A DNA stretch of 64,000 nucleotides from the human T2T-CHM13v2.0 reference genome, Homo sapiens. The notes beneath the pieces are model-generated. The model did not search any database. It had not been told where the DNA came from and saw only the letters and a list, made by a program, of their open reading frames with translations. How positions within the stretch are numbered: position 1 is the first letter of the stretch; the number at the start of each line of letters is the position of its first letter. Below, one piece after another: positions 16,610-32,612 of this stretch. The translations under genes were made by a program, and so were the position numbers. The stretch is from the NCBI RefSeq assembly GCF_009914755.1, contig NC_060945.1; one strand, 5' to 3'.

Positions 16610-18929
16610 TCAATGTAGCCAAAATATATATTGTATACTGTACATAAAATATAAAAGTACCCCAAATATGTATTATATACTGTACATAAAATATCAAAGT
16701 ACCGATAATACATATTATATACTGTACATAAAATATCAAAGGACCCAAAATAAACATTATATACTGTACATAAAATATCCAAATACTCAAAATATATATT
16801 ACATACTGTACAAAAAATATCAAAGTACCCAAATTATGTATTATATACTGTACATAAAATATCAGAGTACCCAAAATATGCATTATATACTGTACATAAA
16901 ATATGAAAGTAACAAAACCTTTATAATAAACTGTACATAAAATATCAAAGTACTCAAACTATATATCATATACTGTACATAAAATATCAAAGTACCCAAA
17001 CTGTGTATTATTATATACTGTATATAAAATATCAAAGTACCTGAAATATATATTGTATACTCTACATAAAGTATCAAAGTACCCAAAATATATACTATAT
17101 ACTGTACATAAAATATGAAGGTACATCAAATGTATATTATATCCTGTACGTAAAATATCAAAGTACACGTATTATATATTGTGTACTGTACATAATATAT
17201 TAAATCGACCAAATATATATTGTATACTGTATATAAAATATGAAGGTACTTCAAATATATATTATATGCTGCACATAAAATATCAAAGTACCTAAAGTAT
17301 GCATTACATACTGTACATAAAATATCAAAGTATCCAAAGTGTATATTATATACTGTACATAAAATATGAAGGTTCATCAAATATATATTATATTCTGTAC
17401 ATAATATATCAAAGTACATCAAATATATATTATATACTGTACATAAAATATCAAAGTACCCAAAATATGTATTATTTACTGTACATAAAATATGAAAGTA
17501 ACCAAACATTTATAATAAACTGTACATAAAATATCAAAGTACTCAATCTACGTATTATATACAGTATATAAAATATCAAATTACACAAACTGTATATTAT
17601 ATACTGTACATAATATATCAAAGTACCCAGAATATATAGCATACTGTACATAAAATATCAAAGTACCCAAAATATATATTGTATACTGTACATAAAATAT
17701 GAAGGCACATCAAAGATATATTATATTCTGTACATAAAATGTCAAAGTACACCAAATATATATTATATGCTGTACATAATATATTAAAGTTGCCCATATA
17801 TACATTATATACTGTACATAAAATATGAACATACATCAAATATACAGTATATGCTGCACATAAAATATCAAAGTACCCAAAGTATGTATTATACACTGTA
17901 CATAAAATATCAAAGTACCAAAAGTATATATTACATACTGTAAATAAAATATGAAGGTACCTCAAATATATATATTATTCTGTACATAAAATATCAAAGT
18001 ACACCAAGTATATACTATATACTCTGCAACAAATATTAAATTACCCAAAATATGTACTGTATTGTGTACATAAAATATGAAAGTAACCAAACATTTATAA
18101 TAAACTGTACATAAAATATCAAAGTACTCAAACTGTATATTATATACTGTACATAAAGTATCAAAGTACCCAAACTGTGTAGTATATACTGTACATAAAA
18201 TATCAAGGTACCCAAAATATATATTGTAAACTGTAGATAAATTATCAAAGTACCCAAAATATATATTATATACTGTACATAAAATATGAAGGCACATCCA
18301 ATATATATTATATTCTGTACATAAAATATCAAAGTACACCAAATGTATATTATATACTGTACATAAAATATCAAAGTACCCAAAGTGTTTATTATATACT
18401 GTACATAAAATATGAAGGTACATCAAAGATATATTATATTCTGTACATAAAATATCAAAGTACACCAAGTATATATTATATGCTGTACATAATATATTAA
18501 AGTCGACCAAATATATATTACATACTGTACATAAAATATGAAGGTACATCAAATATATATTATATGCTGCACATAAAATATCAAAGTACCCAAAGTATGT
18601 ATTATATACTCTACATAAAATATCAAAGTACCCAAAGTATATATTATATACTGTACATAAAATATAAAATACCCCAAATATATATTTTATGCTGTACATA
18701 AAATATCAAAGTACACAAAATATGTATTATATACTGTGCATAAAATATCAAAGGACCCAAAATATATATTATATACTGTACATAAAATATCAAAATACCC
18801 AAAATATATATTATATACTGTACAGAAAATACCAAAGTACCCAAAGTATATATTATATACCGTACAAAAAATATCAAAGTAGCCAAAATATGTATTATAC
18901 ACTGTACATAATATATGAAAGTACCCAAA

Positions 18930-21900
18930 CATTTATAATAAACTGTACATAAAATATCAATGTACTCAAACTATATATTATGTGCGGTACATAAGATATC
19001 AAAGTACCCATACTATATAGTATGTACTGTACTTAAAATATCAAGATACCCAAAATATATATTATATACGTTACATAAACTATCAAATACACAAAGTATG
19101 TATTATATACTGTACATAAAATAGCAAAGTTCCCAAAATATGTATTATATACTGTACATAAAATATGAAAGTACCCAAACATTTATAATAAACTCTACAT
19201 AAAATACCAAAGTACCCAAACTGTGTATTATATACTGTCCATAAATTATCAAAGTACCCAAAATATATATTGTAAACTGTACATAAAATATCAAAGTAGC
19301 CAAAATGTATATTGTATACTGTACATAAAATATAAACGTACCCCAAATATATATTATGTACTGCACATAAAATATCAAAGTACCCATAATACATATTATA
19401 TACTGTACATAAAATATCAAAGGACCCAAAATAAACATTATATACTGTACATAAAATATCCAAATACTCAAAATATATATTACATACTGTACATAAAATA
19501 TCAAAGTACCCAAATTATGTATTATATACTGTACGTAAAATATCACAGTACCCAAAATATGCATTGTATACTGTACATAAAATATGAAAGTAGCAAAACA
19601 TTTATAATAAACTTTACATAAAATATCAAAGTACTAAAACTATATATCATATACTGTACCTAAAATATCAAATTACCCAAACTGTATATTATTATATACT
19701 GTCCATAAAATAACAAAGTACCTGAAATATATATTGTATACTGTACATAAAATATCAAAGTACCCAAAATATATACTATATACTGTACATAAAATATGAA
19801 GTTACATCAAATATATATTATATCCTGTACATAAAATATCAAAGTACACCTATTATATATTGTGTACTGTACATAATATATTAAATCCCCCAAATATATA
19901 TTGTATACTGTATATAAAATATGAAGGTACTTCAAATATATATTATATGCTGCACATAAAATATCAAAGTACCCAAAGTATGCATTACATACTGTACATA
20001 AAATATCAAAGTACACAAATTATATATTATATACTGTACATAAAATATGAAGGTTCATAAAATATATTTTATATTCTGTACATAATATATCAAAGTACAT
20101 CAAATATATATTATATACGGTACATAAAATATCAAAGTACCCAAAATATGTATTATTTACTGTACATAAAATATGAAAGTAACCAAACATTTATAATAAA
20201 CTGTACATGAAATATCAAAGTACTCAATCTACATATTATATACAGTATATAAAATATCAAAGTACACAAACTGTATATTATATACTGTACATAATATATC
20301 AAAGTACCCAGAATATATAGCATACTGTACATAAAATATCAAAGTACCCAAAATGTATATTGTGTACTGTACATAAAATATAAAGGTACATCAAAGATAT
20401 ATTATATTCTGTACATAAAATATCAAATTACACCAAGTATATATTATATGCTGTACATAATATATTAAAGTTGCCCATATATACATTATACACTTTACAT
20501 AAAATATGAACGTACATCAAATATATAGTATATGCTGCACATAAAATATCAAAGTACCCAAAGTATGTATTATACACTGTACATAAAATATCAAAGTACC
20601 AAAAGTATATATTGCATACTGTAAATAAAATATGAAGGTAACTGAAATATATATTATATTCTGTACATAAAATATAAAAGTACACCAAGTATAAACTACA
20701 TACTCTGCATAAAATATTAAATTACCCAAAATATGTATTGTATTGTGTACATAAAATATGAAAGTAACCAAACATTTATAATAAACTGTACATAAAATAT
20801 CAAAGTACTCAAACTGTATATTATATACTGTACATAAAGTATCAAAATACCCAAACTGTGTAGTATATACTGTACATAAAATATCAAGGTACCCAAAATA
20901 TATATTGTAAACTGTAGATACAATATCAAAGTACCCAAAATATATATTATATACTGTACATAAAATATGAAGGCACATCCAATATATATTATATTCTGTA
21001 CATAAAATATCAAAGTACACCAAATGTATATTATATACTGTACATAAAATATAAAAGTACCCCGAATATATATTATATACTCTACATAAAATATCAAAGT
21101 ACCCAAAATAGATATTATATACTGTACATAAAATATCAAAGTACCCATAGTATGTATTATATCCTGTACATAAAATATGAAGGTACATCAAATATATATT
21201 CTATTCTGCACATAAAATATCATATTACACCAAATATATATTGTATACTGTATATAAAATATGAAGGTACTTCAAATACATATTATATGCTGCACATAAA
21301 ATATCAAAGTACCGAAAGTGTGCATTATATGCTGTACATAAAATATCAAAGTACCCAAAGTGTATATTATATACTGTACATAAAATGTGAAGGTTCATCA
21401 AATATATTTTATATTCTGCACATAATATATCAAAGTACATCAAATATATATTATATACTGTACATAAAATATTAAAGTACCAAAAATATGTATTATATAC
21501 TGTACATAAAATATGAAAGTAACCAAACATTTATAATAAACTGTACATAAAGTATCAAAGTACTCAAACTACATATTATATACAGTATATAAAATATCAA
21601 AGTACCCAAACTGTATATTATATACTGTACATAATATATCAAAGTACCCAAATATATAGCATACTGTACATAAAATATTAAAGTACCCAAAATATATATT
21701 GTATACTGTACATAAAATATGAAGGTACATCAAAGATATATTATATCCTGTACATAAAATATCAAAGTACACCAAATATATATTATATGCTGTACATAAT
21801 ATATTAAAGTCGAACAAATATATATTATATACTGTACATAAAATATGAAGGTACATCAAATATATATTATATGCTGCACATAAAATATCAAAGTACCCAA

Positions 21901-22236
21901 AGTATGTATTATATACTGTACATAAAATATCAAAGTACCCAAAGTATATATTATATACCGTATATAAAATATAAAATACCCCAAATATATATTATATGCT
22001 GTACATAAAATATCAAAGTACACAAAATATTTATTATACACTGTACATAAAATATCAACGGACCCAAAATATATATTATATACTGTACATAAAATATCAA
22101 AATATCCAAAATATATATTATATACTGTACATAAAATACCAAAGTACCCAAAGTATATATTATATACCGTACAAAAAATATCAAAGTAGCCAAAATATGT
22201 ATTATACACTGTACATAATATATGAAAGTACCCAAA
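18930..22236 (+). repeat. 79-monomer HOR unit (3,307 bp)
   Basis: Consecutive block-A landmarks (followed by CAATGTACTC...CGGTACATAAGATATC) at 18930 and 22237; matching + strand ORF ends at 18952 and 22259. Confidence 0.85.
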
Positions 22237-24622
22237 CATTTATAATAAACTGTACATAAAATATCAATGTACTCAAACTATATATTATGTGCGGTACATA
22301 AGATATCAAAGTACCCATACTATATAGTATATACTGTACTTAAAATATCAAAATACCCAAAATATATATTATATACGTTACATAAACTATCAAATACACA
22401 AAGTATGTATTATATACTGTACATAAAATAGCAAAGTTCCCAAAATATGTATTATATACTGTACATAAAATATGAAAGTACCCAACCATTTATAATAAAC
22501 TCTACATAAAATACCAAAGTACCCAAACTGTGTATTATATACTGTCCATAAAATATCAAAGTACCCAAAATATATATTGTAAACTGCACATAAAATATCA
22601 AAGTAGCCAAAATATATATTGTATACTGTACATAAAATATAAACGTACCCCAAATATGTATTATATACTGTACATAAAATATCAAAGTACCGATAATACA
22701 TATTATATGCTGTACATAAAATATCAAAGGACCCAAAATAAACATTATATACTGTACATAAAATATCCAAATACTCAAAATATATATTACATACTGTACA
22801 TAAAATATCAAAGTACCCAAATTATGTATTATATACTGTACGTAAAATATCAGAGTACCCAAAATATGCATTATATACTGTACATAAAATATGAAAGTAA
22901 CAAAACATTTATAATAAACTGTACATAAAATATCAAAGTACTCAAACTATATATCATATACTGTACATAAAATATCAAAGTACCCAAACTGTGTATTATT
23001 GTATACTGTATATAAAATATCAAAGTACCTGAAATATATATTGTATACTGTACATAAAGTATCAAAGTACCCAAAACATATACTCTATACTGTACATAAA
23101 ATATGAAGGTACATCAAATATATCTTATATCCTGTACATAAAATATCAAAGTACACCTATTATATATTGTGTACTGTACATAATATATTAAATCACCCAA
23201 ATATATATTGTACACTGTATATAAAATATGAAGGTACTTCAAATGTATATTATATGCTGCACATAAAATATCAAAGTACCCAAAGTATGCATTACATACT
23301 GTAAATAAAATATGAAGGTACCTCAAATATATATTATATTCTGTACATAAAATATCAAAGTACACCAAGTATATACTATATACTCTGCATAAAATATTAA
23401 ATTACCCACAATATGTATTGTATTGTGTACATAAAATGTGAAAGTAACCAAACATTTATAATAAACTGTACATAAAATATCAAAGTACTCAAACTGTATA
23501 TTATATACTGTACATAAAGTATCAAAGTACCCAAACTGTGTAGTATATACTGTACATAAAATGTCAAGGTACGCAAAATATATATTGTAAACTGTAGATA
23601 AAATATCAAAGTACCCAAAATATATATTATATACTGTACATAAAATATGAAGGCACATCCAATATATATTATATTCTGTACATAAAATATCAAAGTACAC
23701 CAAATGTATATTATACACTGTACATAAAATATCAAAGTACCCAACGTGTATATTATATACTGTACACAAAATATGAAGGTTCATCAAATATATTTTATAT
23801 TCTGCACATAATATATCAAAGTACATCAAATATATATCATATACTGTACATAAAATATCAAAGTACCAAAAATATGTATTATATACTGTACATAAAATAT
23901 GAAAGTAACCAAACATATATAATAAACTGTACATAAAATATCAAAGTACTCGAACTACATATTATATACAGTATATAAAATGTCAAAGTACCCAAACTCT
24001 ATATTATATACTGTACATAATATATCAAAGTACCCGAATATATAGCATACTGTACATAAAATATCAAATTACCCAAAGTGTGTATTATACACTGCACATA
24101 AAATATGAAGGTACATAAAATATATATTGTATTCTGTACATAAAATATCAAAGTACTCCAAATATATATTACATGCTGTACATAATATATTAAAGTTGCC
24201 CAAATATATATTATATACTGTACATAAAATATGAAGGTACATCAAATATATAGTATATGCTGCACATAAAATATCAAAGTACCCAAAGTATGTATTATAT
24301 ACTGTACATAAAATATCAAAGTACCCAAAGTATATATTATATACTGTACATAAAATATAAAATACCCCAAATATACATTATATGCTGTACATAAAATATC
24401 AAAGTACACAAAATATGTATTATGTACTGTGCATAAAATATCAAAGGACCCAAAATATATATTATATACTGTAGATAAAATATCAAAATACCCAAAATAT
24501 ATATTATATACCCTACATAAAATACCAAAGTACAGAAAGTATATATTATATACCGTACAAAAAATATCAAAGTAGCCAAAATATGTATTATACACTGTAC
24601 ATAATATATGAAAGTACCCAAA

Positions 24623-27600
24623 CATTTATAATAAACTGTACATAAAATATCAATGTACTCAAACTATATATTATGTTCGGTACATAAGATATCAAAGTAC
24701 CCATACTATATAGTATGTACTGTACTTAAAATATCAAAATACCCAAAATATATATTATATACGTTACATAAACTATCAAATACACAAAGTATGTATTATA
24801 TACTGTACATAAAATAGCAAAGTTCCCAAAATATGTATTATATACTGTACATAAAATATGAAAGTACCCAACCATTTATAATAAACTCTACATAAAATAC
24901 CAAAGTACCCAAACTGTGTATTATATACTGTCCATAAAATATCAAAGTACACAAAATATATATTGTCAACTGTACATAAAATATCAAAGTAGCCAAAATA
25001 TATATAGTATACCGTACATAAAATATAAAATTACCCCAAATATATATTATATACTGTACATAAAATATCAAAGTACCGATAATACATATTATATACTGTA
25101 CATAAAATATCAAAGGACCCAAAATAAACATTATATACTGTACATAAAATATTCAAATACTCAAAATATATATTACATACTGTACATAAAATATCACACT
25201 ACCCAAATTATGTATTATATACTGTACGTAAAATATCAGAGTACCCAAAATATGCATTATATACTGCACATAAAATATGAAAGTAACAAAACATTTATAA
25301 TAAACTCTACATAAAATATCAAAGTACTCAAACTATATATCATATACTGTACATAAAATGTCAAAGTACCCAAACTGTGTATTATTATATACTGTATATA
25401 AAATATCAAAATACCTGAAATATATATTGCATACTGTACATAAAATATCAAAGTACCCAAAATATATACTATATACTGTACATAAAATATGAAGGTACAT
25501 CAAATATATATTATATCCTGTACATAAAATATCAAACTACACCTATTAGATATTGTGTACTGTACATAATATATTAAATCCCCCAAATATATATTGTATA
25601 CTGTATATAAAATATGAAGGTACTTCAAATTCATATTACATGCTGCACATAAAATATCAAACTACCCAAGGTATGCATTATATACTGTACATAAAATATC
25701 AAAGTACACAAATTATATATTATATACTGTACATAAAATATGAAGGTTCATCAAATATATTTTATATTCTGTACATAATATATCAAAGTACATCAAATAT
25801 ATATTATATACGGTACATAAAATATCAAAGTACCAAAAATATGTATTATATACTGTACATAAAATATGAAAGTAACCAAACATTCATAATAAATTGTACA
25901 TAAAATATCAAAGTACTCAAACTACATATTATATACAGTATATAAAATATCAAAGTACACAAACTGTATATTATATACTGTACATAATATATCAAAGTAC
26001 CCGAATATATAGCATACTGTACATAAAATATCAAAGTACCCAAAATATATATTGTATACTGTACATAAAATATGAAGGTACATCGAAGATATATTATATT
26101 GTGTACATAAAATATCAAAGTACACCAAATATATATTATATGCTGTACATAATATATTAAAGTTGCCCAAATATATATTATATACTGTACATAAAATATG
26201 AAGGCACATCAAATATATAGTATATGCTGCACATAAAATATCAAAGTACCCAAAGTATGTAATATATACTGTACATAACATATCAAAGTACCAAAAGTAT
26301 ATATTACCTACTGTAAATAAAATATGAAGGTACCAGAAATATACATTATATTCTGTACATAAAATATCAAAGTACACCAAATATATACTATATACTGTAC
26401 ATACAATATTAAATTACCCACAATATGTATTGTATTGTGTACATAAAATATGAAAGTAACCAAACATTTATAATAAACTGTACATAAAATATCAAAGTAC
26501 TCAAACTGTATATTATATACTGTACATAAAGTATCAAAGTACCCAAACTGTGTAGTATACACTGTACATAAAATATCAAGGTACCCAAAATATATATTGT
26601 AAACTGTAGATACGATATCAAATTACCCAAAATATATATTATATACTGTACATAAAATATGAAGGCACATCCAGTATATATTATATTCTGTGCATAAAAT
26701 ATCAAAGTACACCAAATGTATATTATATACTGTACATAAAATATAAAAGTACCCCAAGTATATATTATATACTCTATATAAAATATGAAAGTACCCAAAA
26801 TATATATTATATACTGTACATAAAATATCAAAGTACCCATAGTATGTATTATATCCTGTACATAAAATATGAAGGTACATCAAATATATATTATATTCTG
26901 CACATAAAATATCATATTACACCAAATATATATTATATACTGTACATAAAATATGAAGGTACATCAAATGTATATTATATGCTGCACATAAAATATCAAA
27001 GTCCCCAAAGTTTGTATTATATACTGTACATAAAATATCAAAGTATCCAAAGTGTATATTATATACTGTACATAAAATATGAAGGTACATCCGATACATA
27101 TTATATTCTGTACATAAAATATCAAAGTACACCAAGTATATATTATATACTGTACATAAAATATTAAATTACCCGAAATATGTATTGTATACTGTACATA
27201 AAATATGAAAGTAACCAAACATTTATAATAAACTGTACATAAAATATCAAAGTACTCAAACTACATATTATATACAGTATATAAAATATCAAAGTACCCA
27301 AACTGTATATTATATACTGTACATACTATATCAAAGTACCCGAATATATAGCATACTGTACATAAAATATCAAAGTACCCAAAATATATATTGTACACTG
27401 CACATAAAATATGAAGCTACATCAAAGATATATTATATTCTGTACATAAAATATCAAAGTACACCAAATATATATTATATGCTGTACATAATATATTAAA
27501 GTCGACCAAATATATATTACATACTGTACAAAAAATATGAAGGTACATCAAATATATATTATATGCTGCACATAAAATATCAAAGTACCCAAAGTATGTA

Positions 27601-27928
27601 TTATATACTGTACATAAAATATCAAAATACCCAAAGTATATATTATATACTATACATACAATATAAAATACCCCAAATATATATTATATGCTGTACATAA
27701 AATATCAAAGTACACAAAATATGTATTATGTACTGTACATAAAATATCAAAGGACCGAAAATATATATTATATACTGTACATAAAATATCAAAATACCCA
27801 AAATATATACTATATACTGTACATAAAATACCAAAGTACCCAAAGTATATATTATATACCGTACAAAAAATATCAAAGTAGCCAAAGTATGTATTATACA
27901 CTGTACATAATATATGAAAGTACCCAAA
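24623..27928 (+). repeat. 79-monomer HOR unit (3,306 bp), variant family X
   Basis: Block-A landmarks at 24623 and 27929; diagnostic variants AAATTCATATTACATG, TAGATACGATATC, GAAGCTACATC and GGACCGAAAA. Confidence 0.85.
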
Positions 27929-29306
27929 CATTTATAATAAACTGTACATAAAATATCAATGTACTCAAACTATATATTATGTTCGGTACATAACATATCA
28001 AAGTACCCATACTATATAGTATATACTGTACTTAAAATATCAAAATACCCAAAATATATATTATATACGTTACATAAATTATCCAATACCCAAAGTATGT
28101 ATTATATACTGTACTTAAAATAGCAAAGTTCCCAAAATATGTATTATATACTGTACATAACAAATGAAAGTACCCAACCATTTATAGTAAACTCTACATA
28201 AAATACCAAAGTACCCAAACTGTGTATTATATACTGTCCATAAATTATCAAAGTACCCAAAATATATATTGTAAACTGTACATAAAATATCAAAGTAGCC
28301 AAAATGTATATTGTATACTGTACATAAAATATAAACGTACCCCAAATATATATTATATACTGTACACAAAATATCAAAGTACCCATAATACATATTATAT
28401 ACTGTACATAAAATATCAAAGGACCCAAAATAAACATTATATACTGTACATAAAATATCCAAATACTCAAAATATATATTACATACTGTACATAAAATAT
28501 CAAAGTACCCAAATTATGTATTATATACTGTACGTAAAATATCAGAGTACCCAAAATATGCATTATATACTGTACATAAAATATGAAAGTAACCAAACAT
28601 TTATAATAAACTGTACATAAAATATCAAAGTACTCGAACTACATATTATATACAGTATATAAAATGTCAAAGTACCCAAACTCTATATTATATACTGTAC
28701 ATAATATATCAAAGTACCCGAATATATAGCATACTGTACATAAAATATCAAAGTACCCAAAGTGTGTATTATACACTGCACATAAAATATGAAGGTACAT
28801 AAAATATATATTCTATTCTGTACATAGAATATCAAAGTACTCCAAATATATATTATATGCTGTACATAATATATTAAAGTTGCCCAAATATATATTATAT
28901 ACTGTACATAAAATATGAAGGTACATCAAATATATAGTATATGCTGCACATAAAATATCAAAGTACCCAAAGTATGTATTATATACTGTACATAAAATAT
29001 CAAAGTACCCAAAGTATATATTATATACTGTACATAAAATATAAAATACCCCAAATATATATTATATGCTGTACATAAAATATCAAAGTACACAAAATAT
29101 GTATTATGTACTGTGCATACAATATCAAAGGACCCAAAATATATATTATATACTGTACATAAAATATCAAAATACCCAAAATATATATTATATACCCTAC
29201 ATAAAATACCAAAGTACCCAAAGTATATATTATATACCGTACAAAAAATATCAAAGTAGCCAAAATATGTATTGTACACTGTACATAATATATGAAAGTA
29301 CCCAAA
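27929..29306 (+). repeat. Truncated HOR unit (1,378 bp = blocks A+B+F)
   Basis: Landmarks at 27929, about 28179, 28598 and 29307 give 250+419+709; blocks C, D and E are absent. Confidence 0.8.
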
Positions 29307-32300
29307 CATTTATAATAAACTGTACATAAAATATCAATGTACTCAAACTATATATTATGTTCGGTACATAAGATATCAAAGTACCCATACTATATAGTAT
29401 GTACTGTACTTAAAATATCAAAATACCCAAAATATATATTATATACGTTACATAAACTATCAAATACACAAAGTATGTATTATATACTGTACATAAAATA
29501 GCAAAGTTCCCAAAATATGTATTATATACTGTACATAACATATGAAAGTACCCAACCATTTATAGTAAACTCTACATAAAATAACAAAGTACCCAAACTG
29601 TGTATTATATACTGTCCATAAATTATCAAAGTACCCAAAATATATATTGTAAACTGTACATAAAATATCAAAGTAGCCAAAATGTATATTGTATACTGTA
29701 CATAAAATATAAACGTACCCCAAATATATATTATATACTGTACATAAAATATCAAAGTACCCATAATACATATTATATACTGTACATAAAATATCAAAGG
29801 ACCCAAAATAAACATTATATACTGTACATAAAATATCCAAATACTCAAAATGTATATTACATACTGTACATAAAATATCAAAGTACCCAAATTATGTATT
29901 ATATACTGTAAGTAAAATATCAGAGTACCCAAAATATGCATTATATACTGTACATAAAATATGAAAGTAACAAAACCTTTATAATAAACTCTACATAAAA
30001 TATCAAAGTACTCAAACTATATATCATATACTGTACATAAAATATCAAAGTACCCAAACTGTGTATTATTATATACTGTATATAAAATATCACAGTACCT
30101 GAAATATATATTGCATACTGTACATGAAATATCAAAGTACCCAAAATATATACTCTATACTGTACATAAAATATGAAGGTACATCAAATATATATTATAT
30201 CCTTTACATAAAATATCAAACTACACCTATTGGATATTGTGTACTGTACATAATATATTAAATCCCCCAAATATATATTGTATACTGTATACAAAATATG
30301 AAGGTACTTCAAATTCATATTACATGCTGCACATAAAATATCAAACTACCCAAGGTATGCATTATATACTGTACATAAAATATCAAAGTACACAAATTAT
30401 ATATTATATACTGTACATAAAATATGAAGGTTCATCAAATATATTTTATATTCTGTACATAATATATCAAAGTACATCAAATATATATTATATACGGTAC
30501 ATAAAATATCAAAGTACCAAAAATATGTATTATATACTGTACATAAAATATGAAAGTAACCAAACATTTATAATAAATTGTACATAAAATATCAAAGTAC
30601 TCAAACTACATATTATATACAGTATATAAAATATCAAAGTACCCAAAGTGTATATTATATACTGTACATAATATATCAAAGTACCCGAATATATAGCATA
30701 CTGTACATAAAATATCAAAGTACCCAAAATATATATTGTATACTGTACATAAAATATGAAGGTACATCGAAGATATATTATATTGTGTACATAAAATATC
30801 AAAGTACACCAAATATATATTATATGCTGTACATAATATATTAAAGTTGCCCAAATATATATTATATACTGTACATAAAATATGAAGGCACATCAAATAT
30901 ATAGTATATGCTGCACATAAAATATCAAAGTACCCAAAGTATGTAATATATACTGTACATAACATATCAAAGTACCAAAAGTATATATTACATACTGTAA
31001 ATAAAATATGAAGGTACCTCAAATATACATTATATTCTGTACATAAAATATCAAAGAACACCAAATATATACTATATACTGTACATACAATATTAAATTA
31101 CCCACAATATTTATTGTATTGTGTACATAAAATATGAAAGTAACCAAACATTTATAATAAACTGTACATAAAATATCAAAGTACTCAAACTGTATATTAT
31201 ATACTGTACATAAAGTATCAAAGTACCCAAACTGTGTAGTATACACTGTACATAAAATATCAAGGTACCCAAAATATATATTGTAAACTGTAGATACGAT
31301 ATCAAATTACCCAAAATATATATTATATACTGTACATAAAATATGAAGGCACATCCAGTATATATTATATTCTGTACATAAAATATCAAAGTACACCAAA
31401 TGTATATTATATACTGTACATAAAATATAAAAGTACCCCAAGTATATATTATATACTCTACATAAAATATGAAAGTACCCAAAATATATATTATATACTG
31501 TACATAAAATATCAAAGTACCCATAGTATGTATTATATCTTGTACATAAAATATGAAGGTATATCAAATATATATTATATTCTGCACATAAAATATCATA
31601 TTACACCAAATATATATTATATACTGTACATAAAATATGAAGGTACATCAAATGTATATTATATGCTGCACATAAAATATCAAAGTCCCCAAAGTTTGTA
31701 TTATATACTGTACATAAAATATCAAAGTATCCAAAGTGTATATTATATACTGTACATAAAATATGAAGGTACATCCGATACATATTATATTCTGTACATA
31801 AAATATCAAAGTACACCAAGTATATATTATATACTGTACATAAAATATTAAATTACCCGAAATATGTATTGTATACTGTACATAAAATATGAAAGTAACC
31901 AAACATTTATAATAAACTGTACATAAAATATCAAAGTACTCAAACTACATATTATATACAGTATATAAAATATCAAAGTACCCAAACTGTATATTATATA
32001 CTGTACATACTATATCAAAGTACCCGAATATATAGCATACTGTACATAAAATATCAAAGTACCCAAAATATATATTGTACACTGCACATAAAATATGAAG
32101 CTACATCAAAGATATATTATATTCTGTACATAAAATATCAAAGTACACCAAGTATATATTATATGCTGTACATAATATATTAAAGTCGACCAAATATGTA
32201 TTACATACTGTACAAAAAATATGAAGGTACATCAAATATATATTATATGCTGCACATAAAATATCAAAGTACCCAAAGTATGTATTATATACTGTACATA

Positions 32301-32612
32301 AAATATCAAAATACCCAAAGTATATATTATATACTATACATACAATATAAAATACCCCAAATATATATTATATGCTGTACATAAAATATCAAAGTACACA
32401 AAATATGTATTATGTACTGTACATAAAATATCAAAGGACCGAAAATATATATTATATACTGTACATAAAATATCAAAATACCCAAAATATATACTATATA
32501 CTGTACATAAAATACCAAAGTACCCAAAGTATATATTATATACCGTACAAAAAATATCAAAGTAGCCAAAGTATGTATTATACACTGTACATAATATATG
32601 AAAGTACCCAAA
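29307..32612 (+). repeat. 79-monomer HOR unit (3,306 bp), variant family X
   Basis: ORF ends at 29329 and 32635; same diagnostic variants as 24623-27928 at offset 4,684. Confidence 0.85.
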
